A stretch of DNA of 64,000 nucleotides from Octopus sinensis (GCF_006345805.1 NC_043016.1:12462001-12526000); one strand, 5' to 3'. Numbered from the stretch's first letter, positions 37,355-49,424 are shown. Numbers and translations are program-made. The notes: a model not told the origin generated them from the letters alone.

Positions 37355-37911
37355 GAAGGAGGGTATATACCCTCTGTCCCTGGGTTAGAGGTAGGTGCTT
37401 CGTTTGGCACACCACAGTCTGCAACTCCTTTGCTCCTTCCCATATCCTGGATGCTGCAGTTAATGGGAGGGTAGTCACTGCTTCCGTAGCCGAACAGAAG
37501 AAAACCCTGAAGTATCGGGACCTGACAGTGAACTATCCCTTCCAACCTGAGATGTTTGGAGGGACTGGACCACAAACCGCGAAGTTCTTGTCAAAGTTGG
37601 CAGCTCGCCTCACCGAGGTGTCGGGTGATGCCCGTGAGGGCGCTTGGCTGTTCCAACGCCTTAGCCACGCCATCGCCCGTGATGATGATGCGAGCGTACT
37701 AGCTTGCTCCAGTAGGTTCCGTTAAACCTTGTGGAGTGCGACCAGTTGCTGTGATAAAAAAAGAAAAAATTCCCCACGAATGGTTTCAATGCAATTTTAA
37801 CAGAAGGATTTGGAAGAATTAGATCAATGTTCTCCGTTAATTTTCTTTTATGTAAATAAATGTTCATGATGACGAATAAATTATTATGTCAGGAATATAA
37901 AAAAATAAAAA
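37355..37911 (+). mobile_element. CRE-clade non-LTR retrotransposon 3' end (restriction-like endonuclease region, 3'UTR, A-rich tail)
   Basis: ORF track 37333..37725: TLCPWVRGRCFVWHTT...AEQKKTLKYRDL...FQP...G..GPQ...FL..LA.RL..VSGDAREGAWLFQRLSHAI.R...ASVL matches the CRE-type PD-(D/E)xK C-terminus; AATAAA and A-rich tail. Confidence 0.8.
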
Positions 37912-37912
37912 C

Positions 37913-38030
37913 GGGGGTAAAGAATACGCACACCCGGGGTTTAGGGTTAGGGTGTTGGGATAGGGTGCAGAATTAGGGATAAGGGTTACGCCGAAAACGG
38001 GTGGTGTGCATATTTTTTACCTCTGCCGAA
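37913..38030. repeat. Short inverted-repeat element with TTAGGG-like core, copy 2
   Basis: ggtaaagaatacgcacacc ... ggtgtgcatattttttacc flanking ttagggttagggtgttgggatagggtgcagaattagggataagggtt. Confidence 0.78.
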
Positions 38031-38073
38031 AAAAAAATCTTTAAATCACTTCCTACTGCCAAACAATCTAGAT

Positions 38074-38274
38074 CAGTGCTTTTCAAACTTTTTAGTGGAG
38101 CGGAACCCCAAGGAAACATTCCACTGGCTCGAGGAACCCCTGTGCAATAATTTAATAGTTTAATGCACACATATCTGCACAGGAGAATTAAAAATTACTG
38201 CCGATTTTAGCAGTTTTGTAACTTCTTGCGGAACCCCTGGACTGTACTGGCGGAACCCTGATTGAAAACCACTG
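38074..38274. mobile_element. hAT-Charlie MITE
   Basis: TIR CAGTGCTTTTCAAAC / GATTGAAAACCACTG; perfect 8-bp TSD ATCTAGAT (NTCTAGAN type). Confidence 0.93.
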
Positions 38275-38890
38275 ATCTAGATAATGTAAAAAGACTACTT
38301 CATGGATGGGCATGAGTGGGACATCTTTGATTATTGGTCAGCTCGATCAGAGCTGAGTTTTGGACAAAACCACAACAATAACATCAACAAACACGAGAGT
38401 AGTTTTGTCACAGAGCATTGACGACTGTATAGAGTTGTATGTGGTTATATATTTGTGTTTAACCCCAAAAGGCTCTGAAACGGTGCAGCCTTGAGAAAAG
38501 CACATTTGATTTTTAAAAATCTGCATCTCTAAGAGAAAGTTGTCCATAAATAATCAAAAAATATAATTTTCTACGTGAAATAAATCGACTTTTATTTAGA
38601 CTGACAAATCTCCCATTCTCGGTCACCATCAATCTTTCTCTTTTTTACGCTTTCCCCTCTCTTTATCACCCATCTCTCTCTGTACTTGTATTATCTCTTC
38701 TACATTGCTATCACGAACAAATCCTGTTTTATGGTTGGACAAAAATGATCACACTTTAAATCTCTCTAACATTTTTCTGAAATAAATAAATCATCAAATC
38801 GGAATCAGTGTGAAAAAGCACATCATTATACTAAATTTGAAGATTTTCATTTTATTTTAAAATTTCAAAATCTGTGACAGCAACAGAAAA

Positions 38891-38909
38891 GTCTCTCTCT
38901 CTCTCTCTC

Positions 38910-38949
<40 letters not shown>

Positions 38950-38995
38950 TCTCTCTCTGTCCCTCTTTCTCTCTCCCTCTCTCTGTTTATCTCTT
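38891..38995. repeat. (CT)n microsatellite; representative of dozens of (TA)n, (CA)n, (GA)n and (CAT)n tracts
   Basis: Directly visible; others at e.g. 5120-5210, 13170-13335, 18318-18372, 48655-48755, 63590-63672. Confidence 0.95.
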
Positions 38996-40989
38996 TCATT
39001 TATTGTGTTTCTCATGGTAAACTTCCCCCTGTATATATATATTTCCACACTCTCACTCTCTGTAAAAGTATATCGCTCACACTGTGTGTGTGTACGTGTG
39101 TATGCCTGTGTGTAAGGAATGTCATTAGAGTGACTGATTTAAAAATGGCATGTAAAAGATGGTTTATTTTAATAGCATACTTTCCTGTTAGTAAATACGT
39201 TTCATTGAAAACTTTCTCTCTAAAAATATCACTCATGCATATGTGTAAAGAATTTCATTAGGGTAACAGTGTGAATAGCAGCTAAATCTACCTTAATTCA
39301 CATCTTTTCATCTGAAAATCATTTTAAAATTATTAACAGAGGCAAATTGCAGATTCAGACTGTCTGTATTTTAAAACTATGATTAAAAAAAATTGATTTT
39401 GTAAATAAGCTGAAATTTTAGGATTTATGGGGGAAGGGTGGGAGTTAATGAAAAAACTAAAAAAATTCAATATTGTTTTTTTAAATTGCATTCCATTTTC
39501 TGTTTGAAAATAAAGGAAGTGGAGATTGTAATAGTGATTGATGATTTCCTCAAATTCTTTTTTTAAATCTTATCTTCAAGGCTTCTTCCATCATATTTAA
39601 GTACATAATGCAAAAAAAAAAAAAGGAAGAAAGAAAGAAAGAAAAAGAAATTGGTCCAGAAGATGAGGGGGGGGGTGAAAAATTTTTCAAAAGTTTTTTC
39701 ATAAAAAGCTTCTCCACATCATTTTCAATGGTGTAGTGAAAAAGAAAATTTGAAAATCCCTGTCAAAACAAACAATTCAACTGATGTAGGTGTGCTATTC
39801 TGAAAGTCTGCCAAGGCATTCTGTTGTGAAAATTGCCTGGCAACAATGAGATACTCAGCCAGCATTAAACATGCCAGTTCAACTTGATTCATCTCTATTA
39901 GTGGAAAGACACCTGTTGATATTTTCTTGTTGCTTGTATTTGTAATTGTGTGACATTTTCTCTGTTTTTTTTTTTTTTTTTTTTTTTTGTCTTTGTTGTG
40001 GTACACATTTGCTTGCTTTCTCCCAAAATGTGTCATGCTCTTAAACTTAGATTTTTGGGGTCAGCCAGATTTGAACAGTCTCAAGTTGGAAACTTGACTG
40101 ATGAAAGAAAGCCATGAATGACCTGTCCTTGCTTTTTTAATATCTATCTTTGTATTGTATATCTGTCCAGATGTTATATTGTCATCTGTTGCATTCTTGT
40201 TCCATTTTTTTGGGGGGCGGGGGGGGGGGTATATATACATGTAGCGGTGTACGTACACTTCTGCTCATCTTGTAAGTATGTATCGAAATTCTATACGACT
40301 CTTTTACTCTTTCCTTTAGTCCCCCTCATACTTTCTTCTTTCTTTCCCTTTTTCTTTTTCTCACTCCCCCTCTCTCACATTTCTTGGCCTTCTCTTTCTT
40401 TAATCTACCTACTTTTCCTCATTTATCTCCCTTGTACTTTCTCTATGTCCCTTTGATTTTTCTCTCTTTCTCGTTCTCCCCCTAATTTTTCAATCCCTTT
40501 GCCCCATACCACTCTCCTTTTCCTTCCAAGTGACTGGTGATTGGCTAAGCATGATCTTTCTTTCTTGACTCAACTGCCAGCCACAAAGCATCTCTTATAT
40601 TCCTTTCACTTTCTCCTCTCTTTCACTTTCTGCCCTCACTTCAAAGCAAATGTTGCCTTTTCACTTTCTCATCTCTTTCGATTTCTTCTCTCTTCAAAGT
40701 ATAACGAGATAAAATTTTTTACGGAAATTAATGAATAATTATATGACCGAGTTGACAATCTTGTTGCTTCAAATGAAAGAATGCCATGAAATAACTTCCT
40801 TTGGCTCACACACACACATACTCACGGTAGGTAAAATTTCTGAACAAATTATGTTATTTCTTGTTTTGTGCATGCACAAAATTACAGCTCAAATCCAATT
40901 GAAATGACCTTTTTCTATTCTATAATTCTTGTTTCTAATGAGTGTATGGATCAAAACAGTTTGATTCAAATACTTTGGTTCTCTTGAAT

Positions 40990-41250
40990 TTCAAGTTTGA
41001 TGCTAGTTGTCAGCCATTTTAAATTTAAATAACAGAAGATGATTGTCATTACCGTAAGGTGGGCTGCGATTGGTTGAGGAAAGTTATGCGGTTTCGTGGT
41101 TTGATGTTGGTATATGGGTAACAGATAGTAGGAAAATACCGCATGGTGAACAGGAATTTGACCATGTGGGGGACAGAAAATAGACCATGTGGCGATTAGG
41201 AAACTGGTCCGGTTGTTGAGGGGAAGTAGGAAGTTCATAGTTCTATATGT
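40990..41250 (-). mobile_element. Penelope-like RT N-terminal remnant
   Basis: F..PPHGQIPV.H remnant resembling the PLE GPKF..P..IP region; heavily decayed. Confidence 0.4.
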
Positions 41251-41544
41251 GGGTGTGTAGATACTTTCATAAGGTTTTGCATGCATGTGTGCATTGATGC
41301 AAGCATGCACATCTGTACATGGACACACACACACACACTTTGATGGACAGACATGTGCACATGCACACACACATGTGCACACATACACATATGCGTATTC
41401 ATTCAAAAGTACATATGTATATTTGCATTCATGTGCACATGCATACCAGTGTGCATGCATACATGCATGTGCGTGCACATGTGCATTCACGTGAGTGCAT
41501 GCGTGAGTATACATGCACTGCCCCTATGTTGCCCATATGCTAGG

Positions 41545-41815
41545 AAGATACTTCCAACATATGCACTCGTTCAGATCCATGGATGGAGAGATTTCTATTT
41601 CCCTATCTCGTTTTCTCTGGAGACTCGGTGATATCCTAGATGAAACACCCAGCATCAAGTAGACTATTGTCGACAGAGCCCCACCATATTCACCTCCAAC
41701 TGCCAGCTCTGCCTCTGTGAAAAACTACGTATCCTCCAACAATCTGCAGTATCCATCAACGATTTATCTTATTGCTGTCATCAGAGGTATGCCCTTCTGG
41801 TAAACTTCTGGCCTC
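41545..41815 (+). mobile_element. Penelope-like GIY-YIG endonuclease C-terminal remnant
   Basis: HSFR...SLSRFLWRL....PSIK*TIVDRAPPYS / NCQLCLCEKLRIL...CCHQRYALLVNF, with one stop and one frameshift. Confidence 0.75.
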
Positions 41816-42880
41816 TGACTGCCGACAATCCGGATATAGCACCTCAGCACCAGCTGCTGCCCTGCACTGCCTGCACCAAGGTTACCACTACCAACCAACC
41901 CCATGAACAAAACCGCCAGTTACCAATCCTCAACATTTACCAACCTCCATAACAATACCCAGCACTTACCAGTCCCCAACGCTTGTTTTGCATATGTATG
42001 CTTATGAATGTGCATGCGCAAATACACTTGTGCATGCACATATGCATGTGCAAGCACACTGGTAAGCATTCGTACATGAATGCAAATATACATATGTACA
42101 TATGAATGAATATGCATATGTGTGTTTGTGTGTGTGCATGCCAATCCAAGTGTTTATATGTATGTTTGTGTGTGTGTGTGTATGTTTGCCCATGAACAGA
42201 TGCACATGTTCACATTGGTGCACAGATGCATGCAAATCTTATGAAAGAGTTTTTCACATGCCTTACCGGCACATGTGCTGGTGCGGTGGCATGTGAAAAT
42301 CAACATTCAAGTGTGGTCGTTGCCAGTGCCGCCAGACTGGCTCCTGTGCAGGTAGCACATAAAAAACACCTTTTGAGCATGGTCATTGCCAGAACCGCCT
42401 CACTGGCCCTCATGCTGGTGGCACGTAAAAGCACCCACTACACTCTTGGAGTGGTTGGCATTAGGAAGGGCATCCAGTAGTATAAACTTTGCCAGATCAG
42501 ATTGAGCTTGGTGCAACCTCTGGCTCACCAGTCTTCAGTCAAACCGTCCAACCCGTTGGGTTGGATGGTTTTCATATACACAAGCATACATCTTTCACTT
42601 TCTGCCCTCACTTCAAAGCAAATGTTGCCTTTTCACTTTCTCATCTCTTTCAATATCTACTCTCTTCAAAGTATAAAGAGATAAAATTTTTACGGAAATT
42701 AATGAATAATTATATGACCGAGTTGACAATCTTCTTGCTTCAAATGAAAGAATGCCATAAAATAACTTCCTTTGGCTCACACACACAAACATAGACACAC
42801 ACACACACACACACACATACTCACAGTAGGTATTTTAATTTTCTCCTTCCTCACCTCAGTTTCTTCATCTTTTTATTCTC

Positions 42881-43287
42881 TCTTTACTCTTTTACTTGTT
42901 CAGTCATGTGACTGTGGCCATGCTGAAGCACCGCCTTTAGTCGATCAAATCGATCCCAGGACTTATTCTTTGTAAGCCTAGTACTTATTTTATCGGTCTC
43001 TTTTTTGCCGAACCGCTAAGTTACAGGGACGTAACCACACCAGCATCGGTTGTCAAGCGATGTTGGGGGGACAAACACAGACACACAAACATGCACATAC
43101 ATATATATATATATATATATACATATATACAACGGGCTTCTTTCAGTTTCCGTCTACCAAATCCACTCACAAGGCTTTGTTGGCCCGAGGCTATAGTAGA
43201 AGACACTTAGCCAAGGTGCCACGCAGTGGGACTGAACCCGGAACCATGTGGTTCGTAAGCAAGCTACTTACCACACAGCCACTCCTA
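42881..43287 (-). mobile_element. Major SINE copy
   Basis: Reverse complement of 17443-17870. Confidence 0.88.
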
Positions 43288-43789
43288 CATTTTTACTTTT
43301 TACTTTTTTCCAAATTTTTTTCTTGACAATCCACAGAGAAAAAAAAACAGTATGAATCTAAGAATTTTCTTCCTTCTTTCTTAAAGAAACACTAAAATCT
43401 CCTTCCCCACCATTCACCCATCACCTCAGCACTTTCAAATAGCTACAAATTCCCAATGTTTCACTTTTAGCTTTTTGAAAAGTGGGAAGTTCTTCACTAA
43501 TAATGTTGTTTACCTGTTGTTTCTAGCATGTCAGGTTTCCTGGTGGTGGTCTGATATTTTTTAAGTCTGCTATTTCAGTGAAACATTAGGAGGTTTTAGC
43601 TTTTTGAAAGCAGGTAGGTGATGGTGGGCAAGGTGGGAGGAGGGGCACTGAGTATTTCTTTAAGAAAAATTAAACTTTAAAAAAATACATATTTCCCAGA
43701 TTTGTAATTTCTGTATTTGGATAAAAAAAAATGTGGATATGTGGATAAAAAAAAAAAATTTGAAAAATGTTACAAATTAAGAAATTGCT

Positions 43790-44083
43790 GTGACGCCAGA
43801 GGAAGTTAAAATTTTGAAAACATGATTTCTGGGCAAAATCATGTTAACCCCCTTTTATACATAGTTTGTAATCCTTCTTAAGAACAGAAAGCACTTTCAC
43901 GCAAACCCATGCAAATTGAACCCCCTCCCCCCACTTCACTTTTAAACAAACAATAAGTTCCATTATGCCAGTAATCCGGTTCACTATATATCAGCTGTGC
44001 CAATTCTGCCCATAAAAAGGGAACAAATAATACTATGTGGCTGTAGGTCATAACAATTGGGCAACGCCGGGATGCATTGCTAG
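43790..44083 (+). mobile_element. Helitron-like non-autonomous element 3' end
   Basis: Terminal GGGCAACGCCGGG...TGCTAG|T (short hairpin plus CTAG followed by T); 5' boundary not determined. Confidence 0.5.
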
Positions 44084-44820
44084 TGTGTGGTGTGTGTGTG
44101 TGTGTGTATGTATGTAAGTATGCATGTATATATTACAAATTTTTCTACTTCAGTATGTAGCTTGACTTGTGTAATCACATGACCAGTTAGTGTTGCATTG
44201 CACAATATGATTTCATTATTTGGTGCCATTTCAATACAGTATAGTTTTCTAACCACTTGAAAAATATCAAATTTTCACAAGATTATTTTCAACAAATGTA
44301 GTTTTGCATGCCGATGATGAAAATTGCATTTCTTTTTCCCCTAGAAATTGATAATTAAAAAGTTATTGTAGAAAGTTAAAAAGGAAAAAAAAAAAAATCT
44401 GGTGAAAATTTGAAATACATCCAGTGGCTTGAAGAAATAAATTTAACAAGATCTCTTAAAGCTACTTGGAATTGTTGTACATTTGAAATAATAGAAATGT
44501 AGAAGGTTGAAACTTGTAACAAATACTAAAAATAATTCTTTTCTTTTTTAATCTTGCTCTCTTCCTAGAAACTTACGTGGTAAGCTTATCATCCAATTAC
44601 ATTTCTTAGATTCTTGTCAGTGTACTCTTATACTTTTGTTTGGCAGCATACCTACTATTCACAACACATTCTTATCATGAAATATAAAGGAGTGAAAATA
44701 TTTAGAACAAGCTTTCCTGCAGAGGAAATTATTTAGATGTGCTAAGTAGTTCGCTTTTCAACCACATAGTTCTGGGTTCAATTCCACTGTGTGTGATGAT
44801 GGCTTGGGGAAGTATCTTCT

Positions 44821-45234
44821 TATTTCTTTACTGCCCACAAGGGGCTGCACACAGAGGGGACAAACAAGAACAGACAAATGGATTAAGTCGATAATATCGA
44901 CCCCAGTGTGTGACTGGTACTTATTTAATTGACCCCGAAAGGATGAAAGGCAAAGTCGACCTTGGTGGAATTTGAACTCAGAATGTAATGGCAGACGAAA
45001 TACCTGTTTCTTTACTGCTCACAAGGGGCTGCACACAGAGGGGACAAACGAGAACAGACAAATGGATTAAGTCGATAATATCGACCCCAGTGTGTAACTG
45101 GTACTTATTTAATTGATGCCGAAAGGATGAAAGGCAAAGTCGACCTTGGTGGAATTTGAACTCAGAATGTAGTGGCAGACGAAATACGGCTAAGCATTTC
45201 CCCTGGCATTCTAACGTTTCTGCCAGCTCGCCAC
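44821..45234 (-). mobile_element. Dimeric Meta-like SINE nested in a major SINE
   Basis: Complete unit plus head-truncated unit in tandem between an 18-bp TSD cttggggaagtatcttct (44803-44820, 45235-45252). Confidence 0.85.
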
Positions 45235-46324
45235 CTTGGGGAAGTATCTTCTTCCATAGTACTGGACTAACCAAAGCCTTGTCCGTGGATATTATAGACA
45301 GAAATTCAAAGAAGTCTATCATGTATATATATATATATATATCATCATCATCATCATCATTGTTTAACGTCTGTTTTCCATGCTGGCATGGGTTGGACAG
45401 TTTGACTGGTGACTGGCAAGCCAGGAGGCCACACCAGGCTCCAATCTGATCTGGCAATGTTTCTACAGCTGGATGACCTTCCTAATGCCAACCACTCCGA
45501 AAGTGTAGTGGGTGCTTTTTATGTTCCACCGGCATGGGAGCCAGTCAGACAGCACTAGCATCGGCCACATTTGGATGGTGCATTTTACATGCACCAGCAC
45601 AGGAGCCAGTCGGGGCTGGCATCGGCCACATTCAGATGGTTCTTTTTATTTGCCACCAGCATAGGAGCCCGTTAGGGCAGGGTGGCTGGCATCGACCATG
45701 TTCGGACAGCACTTTTTACATTCCACTGGTATGGGGAGTCAGTCAGGCAGATCTGGTAATGGCCACAATTACAATTTCCATTTGATTGTGATTTGATTTG
45801 GTTTTGATTTTACTTTACTCAATAGGTCTCCTCAAGCACAGAATGTTGCCCAACTAATCAAAGGTACTTTTTAAATGGGCAAGGTTGTTTACAGAAGACC
45901 AGCAGTGATCCATGCATACCAGCTTCCCCTCTCCATGCCATTGATGTTATCCAAGGGAATGGCAAAGACCCACACAGCTTGGCACCCTGATGTTGCAACT
46001 CATTTCTACAGCTGAGTTAACTGGAGCAATGTGAAATAAAGTGTCTTGCTCAAGAACACAATACACTTTATTTCACATTGCTCCAGTTCATTCAGTTACA
46101 GAAATGATTTGTGATATCACTGGTGCCAAGCTGCATCAGCCTTTGCCTTTCCCTTGGAAAGTCTTCAAGGCAGTGCTCCAGCATCGCTGCAGGCAAATGA
46201 CCAAAACAAGTAAAAACTTAAAAGAATATGTGTGTCTGTTCTTTTTTTCTTTTCAATTTAGAGTTAATTTTTACCAGACAACTTCTTAGTAGCGAGGCTA
46301 TGAAGGAAAGCACTTTCTTTTATT

Positions 46325-46695
46325 CATTCCCCTTTAAATCTTAAAAAGGTTTTGTAGATTTTTTGACCATTTGTAGCTTATGAATTAAGGAGTTGCATTC
46401 TCTCTCCAAGAACCCAAGTTCAACCATATTTTGTCCCAGGCAGATTTGTACATATTCTGTCATTCCAATAATAACAGGTATGCAAATGAAAATGTATCTT
46501 GGGTACTAGATTTGCTAGTTCCTTACCAATGGTCTTGCTAGTTCCTTACCAATGGTCTTTAGACGTTTTCTTTCTCCTATATTTTTCAGATCACAATGGT
46601 GTCCAGAGAGCACAGATTTCCATGACAGAACATGTCTTTTTCTTGTCCCATACAACAATATCTAGCTAGCTGTGTTTGAACATAGTGGTTGTTTT
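46325..46695 (-). mobile_element. RLE-type (R4/NeSL/HERO-like) non-LTR retrotransposon 3' remnant
   Basis: DIVVWDKKKTCSVMEICA...IPVIIG...LGF...LIHKLQ; contains a 23-bp tandem duplication; second copy at 54995-55165. Confidence 0.72.
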
Positions 46696-48170
46696 AATTT
46701 TCAAGTTTCACCAATATTCTTTAGACCCATCTGTCTCAATAGAGTCAACTTTGTTGGAATTTCCTTTTTTCTTTTTTCTTCTTCTGTTCCAAACTGTACA
46801 AGCCATTGCATAAACAAGAGAAGGAAAAAAACTAATTAGAACTAAAATATATATCCTCCAATAAAAACTAACTTACCAGAATATTTTATTTTGACTCAAT
46901 ACAGTCAACAAGTCTATAGCTGTACTAATCATTTGAAACCCTGTCAGTTCAGTAAATGGAGAAGGCCACAGTGTATCAAATTTCCACATTTGGCAGTAAC
47001 TATCCTGATCAGGTGATCTTGATCCATATTTTGTTGTTCTGGTGTAATTAAATGGTGGCAAGATTAATGGGAAATTCCATGCAACCTCACACAAAATCAT
47101 AGTTATAAATTGAGATACATGGAAAATATTTTGCAATGGTCTCATAACTATGCCATTCCAATCTCATGTGAAAAGATCACATCCTGCCAAGGCCAAGGAA
47201 ATAACATTTTCTCCTCTTGCCAAGCATACATTCTCATATGCTAGCATAACAGCGTTTTGCAATGTAACCAATTATAACATGAATCTGTAAATAAATATGT
47301 AAATAAGGTCAAAACATTGTGACCTGGTAGTGTACTGTCTGGTAAACTAATCCAGTTCCAAGTGCACCAGTTCTACAAGGCATTGTAAGGCAGCCAAACT
47401 TCCATAATTGACCTTGTTAACAAGTTAAAATTATTCCAGATAAAACTTGAAAACTGCAAAATGGAAAATGGAAGACGAAATGCTTTTTAAAAGTACAAAT
47501 CATAGGCAGTGGGTTGGCAGAAATGTTAGCACACCAGGTGAAATGCTTAGTGGTATTTCGTATGTCTTTACATTCTGAGTTCAAATCCTGCTAAGGTCGA
47601 CTTTGCCTTTCATCCTTTTGAGGTTGATAAATTAAGTACCAGTTGCATACTGGGGTAGATCTAATCATCTGGCTCCCTCCCACAAAATTTCGGGCCTTGT
47701 GCCTAGAGTAGAAAAGAATAGTACAAATCAGACATGGGCAACTTTTTTTGAGAAGCATGTCACATGAGACATGCCTCATCATCAGGCTAATTTTTTTGTT
47801 GATGTGCCATTCGGAAAGACATCTAGGCTGCAGTTTTTCCATGACTACTATAAATAGAAGCTTTACATTGCTGGAAGTAGAGGACAACAATGAAGTCAGT
47901 GTGATGTCCATCTTCATTCTGTTTTGCTACATGAAGAATTAGATGCCTTTTTTCCTGAAATTTGTAAATTGTATTATCAAACCCATACTGTGTGAGATCA
48001 TAATCACCTTTGTCACAACTTAATTCTCCTAAATCTAACCTACTGGATCTATCATCTCATGAAATATTTAAATTCCTGCAGAAGCAGACACTTTGAGGAC
48101 TTTTAGATTTGAAGAATACTCAGTATAACCTTTGCTGCTGCCAGCCTCTTTCTTATGCTATTGTATATCC

Positions 48171-48211
<41 letters not shown>

Positions 48212-48213
48212 TA

Positions 48214-48456
48214 TACTCTTTACTCTTTTACTCTTTTACTCTTTTACTTGTTTCAGTCATTTGACTGCGGCCATGCTGGAGCACCGCCTTTAGTCGAGCA
48301 AATCGACCCCGGGACTTATTCTTTGTAAGCCCAGTGCTTATTCTATCGGCCTGTTTTGCCGAACCGCTAAGTGACGGGGACGTAAACACACCAGGATCGG
48401 TTGTCAAGCAATGCTAGGGGGACAAACACAGACACACAAACATATACACACACACT

Positions 48457-48490
<34 letters not shown>

Positions 48491-48653
48491 TACGACAGGC
48501 TTCTTTCAGTTTCCGTCTACCAAATCCACTCACAAGGCATTGGTCGGCCTGGAGCTATAGCAGAAGACACTTGCCCAAGATGCCACGCAGTGGGACTGAA
48601 CCCGGAACCATGTGGTTGGTTAGCAAGCTACTTACCACACAGCCACTCCTGCG

Positions 48654-48656
<3 letters not shown>
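48214..48656 (-). mobile_element. Major SINE copy, young (most CpGs intact), inserted in (TA)n
   Basis: Full head GGCGCAGGAGTGG and (GTAAAAGA)n tail. Confidence 0.9.
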
Positions 48657-48705
<49 letters not shown>

Positions 48706-48713
48706 TATATATA

Positions 48714-48751
<38 letters not shown>

Positions 48752-49116
48752 TATACACACATACATACCCCTACACTCACCGCATGTACACATAAGGCTC
48801 TATGATTTTAACCAATACATAAAAGAAAGAAAACACACTAACACAGATGTGTATGCCCACAAACACTGCAAAGTTATACATATAGTACCACTTCACAAAT
48901 TCCATTTCCACATGAACACCAACCTTAGGGACACACACATTTCCCACAAACTTTTCCAGAAAACTCTTACCAACTTGCTACATAACCACCCTAGTGGCAA
49001 TGTTTTGGTACCAAACTCCACCCCCTACTCATTTTGTTTCACCATCTTTTTCACAGCAACCACAAACCGGATGTGTCTATTTACCTCCAACAAATAGAGA
49101 GCAGTCGCCATATTCC

Positions 49117-49424
49117 TAGTGGAGGCACATAGCCTAGTGGTTAGAGCAGCTGACTTGTGGTCAAGGGATCGTGTGTTCGAATCTCAGACCGAGCAACGTG
49201 TGTGTTTATGAGCGAAACACCTAAGCTCCACACGGCTCCGGAGGAAGGTAATGGCAAACTTCTGCTGACTCTTTCACCACAACTTTCTCTCACTCTTTCC
49301 TCCTGCATCTAGCAGCTCACCTGCAATGGACTGGCGTCCTGTCCAGGTGGGGAACCTATATGCCAAGGAAACAGGGAAACCGGCCCTTATGAGCCAGGTG
49401 TGGCTCGAGAAGGAACAAGTAACA
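49117..49424 (+). mobile_element. tRNA(Arg)-headed SINE with V-domain-like core, full length
   Basis: A/B boxes (TAGCCTAGTGG, GTTCGAATC); core cctgcaatggactggcgtcctgtccagg resembles the V-SINE domain; 14-bp TSD agtc(g/a)ccatattcc. Confidence 0.78.

Noticed and set aside
37940-37988. True telomere or chromosome-fusion site
   Set aside because: Only a few degenerate TTAGGG units, enclosed in a short inverted-repeat element present twice.
39725-40036. 103-aa minus-strand ORF
   Set aside because: Runs through a poly-A tract; no recognisable domain or splice context.
49117-49195. tRNA-Arg gene (also the other tRNA-like heads)
   Set aside because: No intact acceptor stem or T-rich terminator; the heads continue into SINE bodies with TSDs.
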